Shown in pieces: positions 31,346 through 41,220 of a DNA stretch of 64,000 nucleotides (position 1 is the stretch's first letter; the number at the start of each line of letters is the position of its first letter). This DNA is from Thermoprotei archaeon (GTDB lineage: Archaea; Thermoproteota; Thermoprotei; Thermoproteales; B15-G16). The notes under the pieces were generated by a model. It was not told where the DNA came from. It ran no database searches and saw only the letters and a program-made list of their open reading frames with translations. The DNA lies in contig QMRC01000002.1 in NCBI GenBank assembly GCA_003649205.1, positions 64,001 to 128,000 of the forward strand, in the 5' to 3' direction. The position numbers were made by a program, and so were the translations under genes.

Positions 31346-32254
31346 ATGAGAATCTTAACTAGAGATCACGTAGTTCAGAAACTCCGTGAAGTACTCTCTA
31401 AGAGGAAAGAAGTTAAGCTAGCTTACCTCATAGGCTCCATCGCAGAGAGAGGATTTAGCTACCACGACGTAGATGTAGCAATCCTACTCGACTGCAACCC
31501 CAACGACAAACTCAAACTCCTAGGAGAAATACACAACGACATATGTAAAGCACTCTCCATAAGCGACGACCGTGTAGACATAATACCCATAGACGAAGTA
31601 GACTGGCACTTCAAATACAGAATCGTCAAAGGAATCAAACTAGTAGACAGAGATGACGCTAGCCTACAACTCATTAAAGAACTCAACAACATCTACCCAG
31701 AACTACGACTACTACTTAACCTCAACCTCAGAGAGTGGATGAGGATGAACGACCCAAGAAGCATAGACTGGACCATAGTTAAGAAACGCATGGACTACGC
31801 CTTCAAAGCCACAGAAATCCTCAACGAAATCCTAACCAAACCCCTCGAAGAAATAACATCATCAACAATACTCAAACTAGCATTCGAACGCCTAGTACAC
31901 ACAATAGTTGAATCAATTCTAGACACTGCACGACACATAGTATCAGTAAAAGGATGGGGGCCAGCTGAAACGTATCGAGACTACATCGAAATACTTCACA
32001 AACAAGGAATAATCTCACCCGAACTAGCCCAAGAACTCTACAAATTCATTACCTGGAGAAACATACTGGTACACAGATACATCGAAATAAACTACTCAAA
32101 ACTATACGAAGACTCAAAGAAACTAACTACCATTGTAAGAGAGTTCGAAAAACAAATAATCAAGCTCAAGGAAAAGCACGAAGAAACCAAACACAACAAA
32201 CCACAACAACAGCCACATAACCCCCAAGAGATTTCACAAAGCAAAAAGTACTGA
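31346..32254 (+). CDS. MNT-HepT(DUF86) fusion, intact
   Basis: YLIGSIAERGFSYHDVDVA, then ESILDTARHIV...WRNILVHRY (RX4HxY). Confidence 0.9.
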   Translation: MRILTRDHVVQKLREVLSKRKEVKLAYLIGSIAERGFSYHDVDVAILLDCNPNDKLKLLGEIHNDICKALSISDDRVDIIPIDEVDWHFKYRIVKGIKLVDRDDASLQLIKELNNIYPELRLLLNLNLREWMRMNDPRSIDWTIVKKRMDYAFKATEILNEILTKPLEEITSSTILKLAFERLVHTIVESILDTARHIVSVKGWGPAETYRDYIEILHKQGIISPELAQELYKFITWRNILVHRYIEINYSKLYEDSKKLTTIVREFEKQIIKLKEKHEETKHNKPQQQPHNPQEISQSKKY

Positions 32255-32442
32255 AGATATGGAAAACCACGCAAAATACCTCAGATAAGTAATCAAATAC
32301 ACAAGAGAAAGACTGAGAGAAAAGAACTAACAAAAACCAAAAATCAAGAACAGGAAACCTTCACAGTATGAGGGGATTAGCGGTAGAGACAACATAGCTT
32401 ATAGAGGAGCGAAATCAATAATTTAGAGATGAGGGGGTAACA

Positions 32443-33483
32443 ATTCACGAAATTAAGTTCATAAACAGGGTACCAGAACTCAAAGCCTTAAGGGATTGGT
32501 GCGCAAAACAGAGAACAACACCTCTCTACATCTACGGTCCTGAAGGCTGTGGAAAGACAAGACTACTGAGAGAATTCATCAAGAAATTCAATGAGTACTT
32601 CGGAGATGACGCAATTGCAGTATACATCGATGCACTAGAGAGAAGCTCAGTAGAGAAAGCCATACTAACGTCGAGATCCGTGAAACTAGCTACAGAAACC
32701 CTCGAGAAAATAATCGAGAAATTCTCCGGTCTAAGCGTTGGAAGAATTCTCGCTGAATCAATAACATCAATACTCGAAAAAGCAATCATAAAGAAGAAAC
32801 TCGAAGACAACTACATCCTCATAGCAATCGACGACATAACCAGAGCACTTGGCCTCCAACAAATTGAGTGGTACATCAAGTGGCTTTACGAACTCCTATG
32901 GAAGATCAGAGAAGAGTACAGACCAAAAGCCATAAACATAATAGTAACGACATCGGAAGGAACCAGCCTAAAATTAGTATCAAGACACAGACACGCACAC
33001 ATCACACTACTATGGAACCTACCCAAAGAAGCATTTAAAGAACTCTTCCACGAACTAAAACCACCAAACAACACAGAATTCGAACAAGTATGGAAACTAC
33101 TAGGAGGAAACCCAGGAAGACTAATTGAACTAGCTGAAGAATACAACTGGAACCTCGAAAAATGGCTCAATAACCTCATGAAGAGACTAAAACCACTCGC
33201 CGAAGAAATCGCTAGAAGAGGACTAATCAAAGAACTGAAACAACTAATCGAAGACCCCGACAACGTATGGTACAAAGCATCCCCCAAAATAGGTGAACTA
33301 TACGACCTCCTAGTAGAAAACAACGTATTCATGTACAAAGGATTCACAACACTAAACGAAACCGAAATACCCAAAGACCCAGAACTCGGAATCGGACAAG
33401 ACTACACATGGCAAATACCCGCATACAGATACATACTAGACAAACTACTCAAAAACAAAACAACAACCCCCACACAAACCTAA
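32443..33483 (+). CDS. Archaeal (STAND-like, ATPase_2-type) ATPase, copy 1, apparent ATT start
   Basis: The frame is open from 32422. KFINR, Walker A GPEGCGKT, Walker B IAIDDI, TTSEG and GGNPG are present. No ATG/GTG/TTG lies before Walker A. Confidence 0.85.
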   Translation: MHEIKFINRVPELKALRDWCAKQRTTPLYIYGPEGCGKTRLLREFIKKFNEYFGDDAIAVYIDALERSSVEKAILTSRSVKLATETLEKIIEKFSGLSVGRILAESITSILEKAIIKKKLEDNYILIAIDDITRALGLQQIEWYIKWLYELLWKIREEYRPKAINIIVTTSEGTSLKLVSRHRHAHITLLWNLPKEAFKELFHELKPPNNTEFEQVWKLLGGNPGRLIELAEEYNWNLEKWLNNLMKRLKPLAEEIARRGLIKELKQLIEDPDNVWYKASPKIGELYDLLVENNVFMYKGFTTLNETEIPKDPELGIGQDYTWQIPAYRYILDKLLKNKTTTPTQT

Positions 33484-33598
33484 AAGAAGACATAACCCTA
33501 GACCTCAACCAAACGAAAAATCCTCAGCAAGAAACAAGACCTAAAAAGTACCATAGCTACTACCTACCAAAACAGAGAAGACAACTCAGGGGAACAAA

Positions 33599-34588
33599 GT
33601 GATAGAGCTAAAGTTCGTAAATAGAGAAGAAGAATTAAAGACATTACATGAATTAGCAAATAAAGGAACAACACTACCAATCTACCTCTATGGACCAGAA
33701 GGTTGTGGAAAGACAAGACTACTAAAGGAATTCATAAAGAAAGTCAATGGGGTAGCCCTGTACATAGACGCACTTGAGGGTGAAGACCCAGAGAAGGCAC
33801 TACTCACAACACCACTAAACATACTCACCGACATAGTGAAAGATTTGATTAAAGAAGTAGCAAAACCTGTAGGACAATACCTATGCCTAAGTCTATGGAA
33901 AATACTCAAACACATAGAAACCAAACTACAGATAAGAGGTAAACCCCTAATCATAGCTGTAGACGACATCACAAGAGCAATAGGTCTAAGTAAAGTCGAG
34001 TGGTACACAAAGTGGCTATACGAACTAATTAAGAAACTACAGGAAGACTATCGACCAAGTTCCATTTTAATCATAGCAACAACAAGCGAAGGCAAGAGCC
34101 TAGACCTAGTAATGAGACACACATACACACACATCAACCTAGTATGGAACCTAGACAAAGAAGCCCACCAAGAACTAATACAACAACTAAAACCACCAAA
34201 AAACATAGACCCAGAACAACTCTGGTACTACACAGGAGGAAACCCAAGAGCAACAATCGACATAGCAGAAAACAACTGGAACATAGATAGCTGGATCCAG
34301 AAAATAGAGGCAAAACTAAGACCACTCATCAGAACCATAAGAAGCCTAAACCTAACCAATGAACTACAGAAACTAATCGAAGATCCAGACAACATAGAAA
34401 AACAACCATCACAAAAAATGGAACAACTCTACACAATACTCGTAGAAGCAAACCTATTCATGTACAAAGGATTCAGAACAATAAACGGAAAACACATACC
34501 TAAAAACCCAGAACTAGGAATAGGAGAGTACTACGCATGGCAGATACCAGCATATAAGCACGCACTAGAGCAACTACTACAGAGATAA
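33599..34588 (+). CDS. Archaeal STAND-like ATPase, copy 2
   Basis: KFVNRE, GPEGCGKT, IAVDDI, TTSEG, GGNPR and WQIPAY. Confidence 0.92.
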   Translation: MIELKFVNREEELKTLHELANKGTTLPIYLYGPEGCGKTRLLKEFIKKVNGVALYIDALEGEDPEKALLTTPLNILTDIVKDLIKEVAKPVGQYLCLSLWKILKHIETKLQIRGKPLIIAVDDITRAIGLSKVEWYTKWLYELIKKLQEDYRPSSILIIATTSEGKSLDLVMRHTYTHINLVWNLDKEAHQELIQQLKPPKNIDPEQLWYYTGGNPRATIDIAENNWNIDSWIQKIEAKLRPLIRTIRSLNLTNELQKLIEDPDNIEKQPSQKMEQLYTILVEANLFMYKGFRTINGKHIPKNPELGIGEYYAWQIPAYKHALEQLLQR

Positions 34589-34685
34589 CAGTAGAATTCA
34601 CTACCTATGTAGCGGATAAAACCAATCATAAGGCTTCACACACCTAGAATCATCCACCCCACCATTAATCCTCCCAGGAACAATC

Positions 34686-34845
34686 AACGAATCATTCCAA
34701 GACCCTCAACCACAACCACATTAAGATAAACATCATTCAACTTCAGCAAATAGTACACAGCACCCATCTCATCAACGTAAACTTCACTAGGACCACCCAA
34801 AACTCTCTCAAGAACACGAACAAACCCCCTCAAAAATTCTCAACA
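34686..34845 (-). pseudogene. Small toxin-like (RelE/DUF4258-like) remnant
   Basis: Fragment VLERVLGGPSEVYVDEMGAVYYLLKLNDVYLNVVVV. Confidence 0.3.
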
Positions 34846-35047
34846 CCTAACACACTTAAAACATCCCTATGCCTCTTTACCACATGTAAATAAAGCCTAT
34901 GAGAAATCACTACATTACACCACCAACAAGAAACCTCAGAACACAACACCCAACAACCAAAGACAACACATATCCAAAAAGAGTTAAGTCTAAGCCAGGA
35001 AAAGAAACCAGAAAGAGGAAACTAAGTTACAAAATGAGGCTTAAGAC

Positions 35048-36070
35048 ATGAGTACAGAACCCAAGTTCGTCGACAGAGAATACGAACTAAAGACCCTGGA
35101 AGAACTATCGAGAAGAGACCTACCAACACCACTCTACATCTACGGTCCTGAAGGCTGCGGAAAGACAAGACTACTGAGAGAATTCATAACAAACTTCAAC
35201 GGAATAGGAATCTACATAGACACACTAGAGAGAACCAACATAGAGAAAGTACTAACAGTAAACCTAGCAATACCAGAGCTAAGAGAGTACATAGTGTCAA
35301 TAGCCAAGGAATACCTCGGAAACATAGGACTAATCCTCGCACAAAAACTATACACAGTACTAGAGAAAATAGCCACAAAATACAAACTAAAAGGCAAAAA
35401 CCTCGTAATAGCTGTCGACGACGTAACACAAGTACTCGGAATACACGAAATAGAACGCTACATGAAATGGCTCTACGAAGCAATAACCAAGATAAAACAA
35501 GAATACAGACCAGAATCAATACTCATACTAGTAACAACATCAGAAGGACAAAGCCTACAAAGAATAATAAGACACACCTACACCAAAGTAAACCTACTAT
35601 GGAACCTACCAAAAGAAGCCTTCACACAACTAGCAAATCAACTACAACCACCAGATAGAGACACAGTAGAGAAAACCTGGGAACTAACAGGAGGAAACCC
35701 AAGAAGACTAATCGAAATAGCTAAATGGTACAGATGGAACATAGACCAATGGCTAGAAGACCTAAAAGAAAACATAAGAGACGTAGCTAAAACAGCAATA
35801 AAACTCAACCTAGTAGAAGAACTAATCAAAGTAATCGAAAACCCAGACAACATAGATGTAGTAACAACAGAGAAAATGGAAAGACTCTACAAAATCCTAC
35901 TCGAAAGAAACCTAGTAATCTACACAGGAATACCACTACTACAATCATGGACAACAAAACAAAGACACCTAACACCCAACACCAAACTAGGAATAGGAAG
36001 ATACTACTCATGGCAAATACCAGCATACAAATACGCACTAAAACAACTACTACAGAAACAACACCACTAA
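35048..36070 (+). CDS. Archaeal STAND-like ATPase, copy 3
   Basis: KFVDRE, GPEGCGKT, IAVDDV, TTSEG, GGNPR and WQIPAY. Confidence 0.92.
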   Translation: MSTEPKFVDREYELKTLEELSRRDLPTPLYIYGPEGCGKTRLLREFITNFNGIGIYIDTLERTNIEKVLTVNLAIPELREYIVSIAKEYLGNIGLILAQKLYTVLEKIATKYKLKGKNLVIAVDDVTQVLGIHEIERYMKWLYEAITKIKQEYRPESILILVTTSEGQSLQRIIRHTYTKVNLLWNLPKEAFTQLANQLQPPDRDTVEKTWELTGGNPRRLIEIAKWYRWNIDQWLEDLKENIRDVAKTAIKLNLVEELIKVIENPDNIDVVTTEKMERLYKILLERNLVIYTGIPLLQSWTTKQRHLTPNTKLGIGRYYSWQIPAYKYALKQLLQKQHH

Positions 36071-36389
36071 CACCCACCCCTTAGAAAAAGAACACCAATA
36101 ACCGATAGTTTATGTCAAGACACACCAAATCCCTAAGACATACAAGACCTAATCTAAGAACCTCCAACAAACAAAGAAAACAATTAGACAAAACACAAAA
36201 TCCCAACCCAAAGAGAAGACACTAAGCACACAACAACAAGAGAAAACACTCTCAACACTAAACCCTAAGAAGGTACCCACAAGAACCAAAGAAGACCTAC
36301 TAGCAATAGAAAATACAGCATCAGAAGCTCAAAAAGTAATCCAAAGAGTAGAGAAAGAATTAACTCAAAGAATTCTTAAAATCTTAGAC

Positions 36390-36653
36390 ATGGTGCTTTC
36401 AGGTAAGCTCACTCGAGAAGAAGCAACAAAGATATTCCTAAAACTCTACACATCAGCTACAGTACCTAACTGGCTAGAAGAACTACTAGGTAACCTCATA
36501 CTAATCGATGAACCAGAGGAACACGCCGGCTTATCAGAGCAAGAACTAAAGCAAATAACACAGAAACTACGCGAAAGAGCAAAAACACAGCAAAACCAAG
36601 ACAACTCCACCACCAAAAGACAAAAACCACTACCCGACGAGACTACTGACTAA
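36390..36653 (+). CDS. Hypothetical protein, probably 5'-truncated
   Basis: 87-aa helical ORF; the frame looks coding upstream of the ATG. Confidence 0.4.
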   Translation: MVLSGKLTREEATKIFLKLYTSATVPNWLEELLGNLILIDEPEEHAGLSEQELKQITQKLRERAKTQQNQDNSTTKRQKPLPDETTD

Positions 36654-36739
36654 GTAACAACACTCAAAGCTACAGAGCACCTACATAGTCTGAGGCTATG
36701 AATACTGCTCTACGGTATCTATACCTCGTGGGGTAGCCT

Positions 36740-36871
36740 ATGAGGAGATTCATAGGGTTGATCAGAGATCACAGGACTAAGATTGGAAGGATCGTTGCTA
36801 AGAGAGTGAGTGTGCGTAGCTATGGTCGTGAGAGTGAGGATAAGGATAGAGAGGAGCGGAAAGGTTGTTGA
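36740..36871 (+). CDS. Small Arg-rich peptide (43 aa) overlapping the start of the second retropepsin-like gene
   Basis: MRRFIGLIRDHRTKIGRIVAKRVSVRSYGRESEDKDREERKGC*; GGGGT RBS; same layout as 18926. Confidence 0.5.
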   Translation: MRRFIGLIRDHRTKIGRIVAKRVSVRSYGRESEDKDREERKGC

Positions 36872-37247
36872 AACTAGCGCCCTAGCAAATAGCAGTTACG
36901 AAGCTGAAACACCACAGCTACTGATACCCATTCGCCTTGCTGAAACCTTGGGCCTGTGGCCTCCTACAAAGGAGCTTACGGAGACCGTGTATGAGACTGC
37001 TGGTGCCCCACTCAGAGTATGGATAGCTCCAAGAGCGTGTAGAGTCAGGGTCATAGCTGAAGATACTGAGTCCCCCGATGTCATAGCCGATGCAGTGATC
37101 TCACCGATAGCAGACGAGGTTCTCAGCGATAAGCTCATCAGCAAGCTTCAGATAGCGTTAGAAGATGTAGAAGAAGGACTATGGAGATTCCGATGGGAAC
37201 CAAGAGACAAGCTGAGACGCAGCGAACCACCCAAGCTCTGGAAATAG
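36822..37247 (+). CDS. Retropepsin-like protein with Asn at the catalytic position, paralog of 19023
   Basis: MVVRVRIRI..SALANSSYEAETPQLLIP..ETAGAP..WRF. Confidence 0.75.
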   Translation: MVVRVRIRIERSGKVVETSALANSSYEAETPQLLIPIRLAETLGLWPPTKELTETVYETAGAPLRVWIAPRACRVRVIAEDTESPDVIADAVISPIADEVLSDKLISKLQIALEDVEEGLWRFRWEPRDKLRRSEPPKLWK

Positions 37248-37321
37248 CCCATTACTATCGACACCTCACCTCATAGATTATAAGGCTTTCTAGAGTTTTA
37301 GAATAGTTAGGTAGAACTGGT

Positions 37322-37834
37322 ATGAGTGAGGAGAACTCTAGCTTCAATACAGTAACTCTAAAACTCCCTAGTATCATCATGGAGAAACTCAAGGATGTAG
37401 GAGTTGACGTAGAATCGCTAATAATTGATTTAATTGTAGACAATCTAAACCTTAAACCAGAGGAGGAACTTGAAGTTCATAGGGAACTAGCTAGAAGGTT
37501 CCTAGAGGAAGGTATGAAGCTCATCGATGTAAATCCTGTACAAGCAAGTGAGAAGCTATACAAAGCAGCTGAGGAAGCTGTGAAGACACTTGTACTCAAA
37601 CACAGGCTACGCAGCATAGTGGAAAGAGTTGAGAAACGTGGTAGGTGGAAAGTAGAAGACCTCTTCGACGCTATTAGTGAGTTGAGACAGATCTACAGCG
37701 ATGACATTAGGAGGTGGTGGGACTCTGCATGGAATCTCCATGTATGGGGATTCCATGAGGCGAAGGCTACGAAGAGGTACGTGGAAGAAAGGATCCGTGA
37801 TGTAGAGGAGCTGGTAAAGCTAGCTATAGAATGA
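37322..37834 (+). CDS. PaREP1 family protein
   Basis: QASEKLYKAAEEAVK, GRW and AWNLHVWGFHEA. Confidence 0.92.
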   Translation: MSEENSSFNTVTLKLPSIIMEKLKDVGVDVESLIIDLIVDNLNLKPEEELEVHRELARRFLEEGMKLIDVNPVQASEKLYKAAEEAVKTLVLKHRLRSIVERVEKRGRWKVEDLFDAISELRQIYSDDIRRWWDSAWNLHVWGFHEAKATKRYVEERIRDVEELVKLAIE

Positions 37835-37975
37835 GGCTCAGCAGTACATATGCATAGTCTACAGAAGATGGTGATGAGATGCGAAGCTCTATCAATACAT
37901 GACTTTAGCGCTGATATAGCGCCATAGATAAGTTTGATGAGGTGCAACCAAGTCATAGATACGGGTGTGAGCTTG

Positions 37976-38506
37976 ATGGAAGCCATCTACGTCCCTAAGA
38001 AGCTTGTTGATGAAGCTAGGAAGATGGGTATCGACATAAGCGAACTCGTACTGAATGCTATCGCTAACGTGCTTGATTTAGATCCAAGTGAAGTTGCTTC
38101 TGCTAGGCTTGAGCTTGCTGAGAAATCTCTTGAAGAAGCTAGAGAGTTCATCAAGCAGAGAAATGCTGTTCAAGCGAGCGAGAAGCTGTACAAAGCCGTT
38201 GAGGAGTGCATCAAGGCATTAGCAGAGGTATTCAACGCTTCACAACTCAAAGAAGTTAGAAAGAGAGGAAAGTGGGATACATGGCTTCTCGGTATGGCTG
38301 CAACCGATCTCTCGAAAAGGCTCGGCGAAGAAAGGATTAGGTTAGCATGGAAAGACGCGTACGACATACATGTATGGGGTTTCCACGAAGCGAAGTACAG
38401 AGTAGAGGATGTGGAAGCAGCACTCCCACTAGCAGAGTGGTTGCTCAGCTACACGAAGCAAGTAATAAGTGAGAAGCTTAGAGAACATAAAGAGAAGCAA
38501 GAGTAG
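37976..38506 (+). CDS. PaREP1 family protein
   Basis: QASEKLYKAVEECIKAL, GKW and IHVWGFHEA. Start at ATG 37976 after GGTGTGAG. Confidence 0.92.
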   Translation: MEAIYVPKKLVDEARKMGIDISELVLNAIANVLDLDPSEVASARLELAEKSLEEAREFIKQRNAVQASEKLYKAVEECIKALAEVFNASQLKEVRKRGKWDTWLLGMAATDLSKRLGEERIRLAWKDAYDIHVWGFHEAKYRVEDVEAALPLAEWLLSYTKQVISEKLREHKEKQE

Positions 38507-38514
38507 GTACATGA

Positions 38515-38910
38515 ATGAGCATGAGTACCTACGTAGAGAAGCTCATCCCTAGAAACTTAGTCATCGAGTCCTCTAGAGGTGCTCAAGTGAGGATCCATGT
38601 GATCGAGCAAGGTATCTGCAAGGAGGGAGCAACTAAGGAGATCGAGAACGAGCTAGAAGAACTCATCGGTAGCACAAAGCCAGACCTGCAGAGCATCACT
38701 AAGAAGATTGAGGAGAAGCTCCACACCGTGCTGACCAGCAAGCACAAGCTGCTGATCTACCTACCGCTCCTAAACCCGAGGACAAAGGCTAGAACACTCT
38801 GCAAAACCCTAAGAGAACTACTAGCAAGCAACGATACAAACACCCTACAACACAAACCCATTGAAATCCCACATATGAAATTGAAAGCTAGAGGTGTAGA
38901 GAATGTCTGA
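38515..38910 (+). CDS. Hypothetical protein or fragment
   Basis: 131-aa ORF directly downstream of PaREP1; no recognised motif. Confidence 0.4.
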   Translation: MSMSTYVEKLIPRNLVIESSRGAQVRIHVIEQGICKEGATKEIENELEELIGSTKPDLQSITKKIEEKLHTVLTSKHKLLIYLPLLNPRTKARTLCKTLRELLASNDTNTLQHKPIEIPHMKLKARGVENV

Positions 38911-39007
38911 TCTGCTGACGCACTACACTATCAGCTACCTAGTTGCGAGCAGAGTGCTGAAACCGAGACACGCCTTATAAGCAGTAATATTCAGTCATAT
39001 ACAGGAG

Positions 39008-39577
39008 ATGGTGAGCCCCAACGAGGAGGCAGGTCACGTAGCAAAGGTGGCTCCCCGAGGGGAGAGGATGCTAGCTCTCAAAGCAAGGGCTGTTCTCGTC
39101 GAGGGAGACCTATACGACCTGTTCTCGGAGCTCTAGCCTCACTCGTAGGGAGGTGCAGAGGATTATCGACACGCTTTGGGAGCTGGATAAGTTACCAACA
39201 TTGAACCAGTGTCACCAGATGTTCTACAGGCAGCTAGAGAGAAGGGGTTCCGAGCACATCAAGCTAAGCAAATGTACAAGTATGGTCTCCCGCTCGTGAA
39301 ATCCGCAAAGAAGAATGGAGGCACTAAACCACTCCTCAAGAAGCTAAGCGTCAGGCTCGACAGGTACGATGCAAGCATAGACTTCAACACCTGGACGGCG
39401 ACAGTGAAGCTTAGGAACAAGACGTTCAAGCTAAAGCTACTGCATAGACGGAGCTACCTAGACAAGTTCAGGAGTAGGAAATGGTACGAGGTAGTCGTAA
39501 GGTGGTTACCTGGAGCGCAGGTAGAGGTTATTATCCCCTTCCGCTTCGAGCACCTAGCTAAGACCATGAAAAGATGA
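39008..39577 (+). mobile_element. Decayed TnpB/IS605-OrfB-like N-terminal fragment
   Basis: Broken frames give MVSPNEEAG..MLALKARA / REVQRIIDTLWELDKLPTLNQCHQMFY / GFRAHQAKQMY..KNGGTKPLLKKLSVRLD. This resembles crenarchaeal TnpB N-termini. No RuvC or Zn finger is present; GC is locally higher. Confidence 0.5.
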
Positions 39578-39927
39578 AGCTAGCAGAGAAAAGAAGTAAT
39601 AGTACTCACCGAACCAATCGATGAAGAGAACATGTAGAGAGCACGGTACTCAAAATGCAGGACATGGTACATGGCTAAAAACGAGCACTCCCATTTACCA
39701 TGTGGAGAGCCATCACATCACCATCAGCTACCCGCTCTACTCAATGCAGCGCGATGAAGATCCTCAATGAATACTCGTTGAAAGAACTGCATCCACACTG
39801 AGATACCATGAACCCATTTACAGCTAACAATACTGATGATAGCAACAGTCAGGAACCTATGGACAAAGGAGCCGGTGTGGAGGAAGGAGCAAAAGTAACC
39901 TAATAGAGAGGATAGATTAGTAGAGAA

Positions 39928-40170
39928 ATGTTTGAGAAGAGCGTTACTATCAATGGCTTTAAGAGCATACGGGAAGGTAAGCTAGATGAATTTACAGAAA
40001 TAAACATCTTCGTATGTAGAAACAATACGGAGGAAGTCTACTGTACTCGAAGCTCCAACCCCCAAATAACCGCAGGAATACTACACCCCCATAAATCCAT
40101 AAATCCAGAAGAGGCAAAACTAGTACTAAGTCTGGAATCCAGGCACAGGAGGAGAGGGGCTAACCCATGA
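39928..40170 (+). pseudogene. SMC/ABC-like (AAA_15-type) ATPase N-terminal remnant
   Basis: VTINGFKSIREGKLDEFTEINIFVCRNNT is a degenerate form of I.NFKSI....INxFVGxNNxGKS. Confidence 0.55.
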
Positions 40171-40679
40171 GCACCAGTATAAGCATCCCCCTAAAACTCT
40201 ACGAGAGGCTGAAAAAGGAGGGGGTAGACATCGAAGCACTGGTAGTCGACCTACTAGTGGAGAGGTTAAACCTAAACCCAGACGAGGCCACTCAAATACG
40301 CCTAGAGCTAGCCGAGAAGTACCTCAAAGAAGGAGTAAAGCTAGTAGATAAGGACCCAGTACAAGCCAGCGAGAAGCTATACAAGGCAGCTGAGGAATGC
40401 ATTAAAGCCGCAGCCACACACCTCAACCTCAAGGACATACTAGCGAGGGTAAGGAGAAGAGGGAGATGGGTACTAGCAGACCTAGAGAAGGCAGCCCGAG
40501 CAGCAGGCAAGAAAATCAGCGAAGACATATACATAGGCTGGGACCGAGCAAACTACCTACACGTCTGGGGCTTCCACGAAGCAAAATTAGACGCCGAAGA
40601 CGTGAAAGCAAGAATCCCATACATAGAGAAAATGGTAGAGAAACTGAAAGAAGAACTAGGGAAGAGAGAACATAAGTAG
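40167..40679 (+). CDS. PaREP1 family protein
   Basis: QASEKLYKAAEECIKA, GRW and LHVWGFHEA. Confidence 0.92.
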   Translation: MSTSISIPLKLYERLKKEGVDIEALVVDLLVERLNLNPDEATQIRLELAEKYLKEGVKLVDKDPVQASEKLYKAAEECIKAAATHLNLKDILARVRRRGRWVLADLEKAARAAGKKISEDIYIGWDRANYLHVWGFHEAKLDAEDVKARIPYIEKMVEKLKEELGKREHK

Positions 40680-40814
40680 AAGGTAAAGGTAAAAGACAGC
40701 ATATACCTAGCATACCGGTGAACACATGAAGACCACTAATCACCTTACAGTAAGCCCCCCACAAGCCCACGACAGTTATAGGACCAATAACCGATGAACT
40801 ATAACCTACCCAGA

Positions 40815-41220
40815 TTCAAGGTAGCAACACAGCTCCTGAAGAGCACTAGAGCTAATCCCCCTCCTCGACCTCAGCTACAGCAACGAAGAGCTAACCATAA
40901 AGATAACCCAAATCGTAGACACCCATGAGATCTACAGAGCCAACATAGATGACAAGACCCTGAGGATAGCTAACGCCAAGGACGTCAAAGTCTTCAAAGC
41001 AGACCTCTCCAGAGACCCCACACCGCTACCCAACAAGAGCATAGATACTGCTACAGCGCTAAAGGTCATTGAGCACCTACTAAACCCCCGACCATATGCT
41101 CAAGGAAACACATAGGATTCACAAGAAAAGAGATTACCTCCCTATAACAACACCAAACTCAACAAGCTGGATAAACAGAACAACACTACTACTTGACTAT
41201 TAACCATATAATGCTGAACA
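40815..41220 (+). pseudogene. Class I SAM methyltransferase remnant
   Basis: Fragments LLDLSYSN, KVIEHLLNP, DHMLKETHR and ITTPN..SWINR..LL resemble 53966..54685. Confidence 0.6.

Noticed and set aside
39751-39801. Possible C/D box sRNA (GCGATGA...CTGA), and a similar GTGATGA...CTGA at about 37871-37914
   Set aside because: Internal D'/C' boxes are poor, spacing is atypical and I cannot identify an rRNA or tRNA target.
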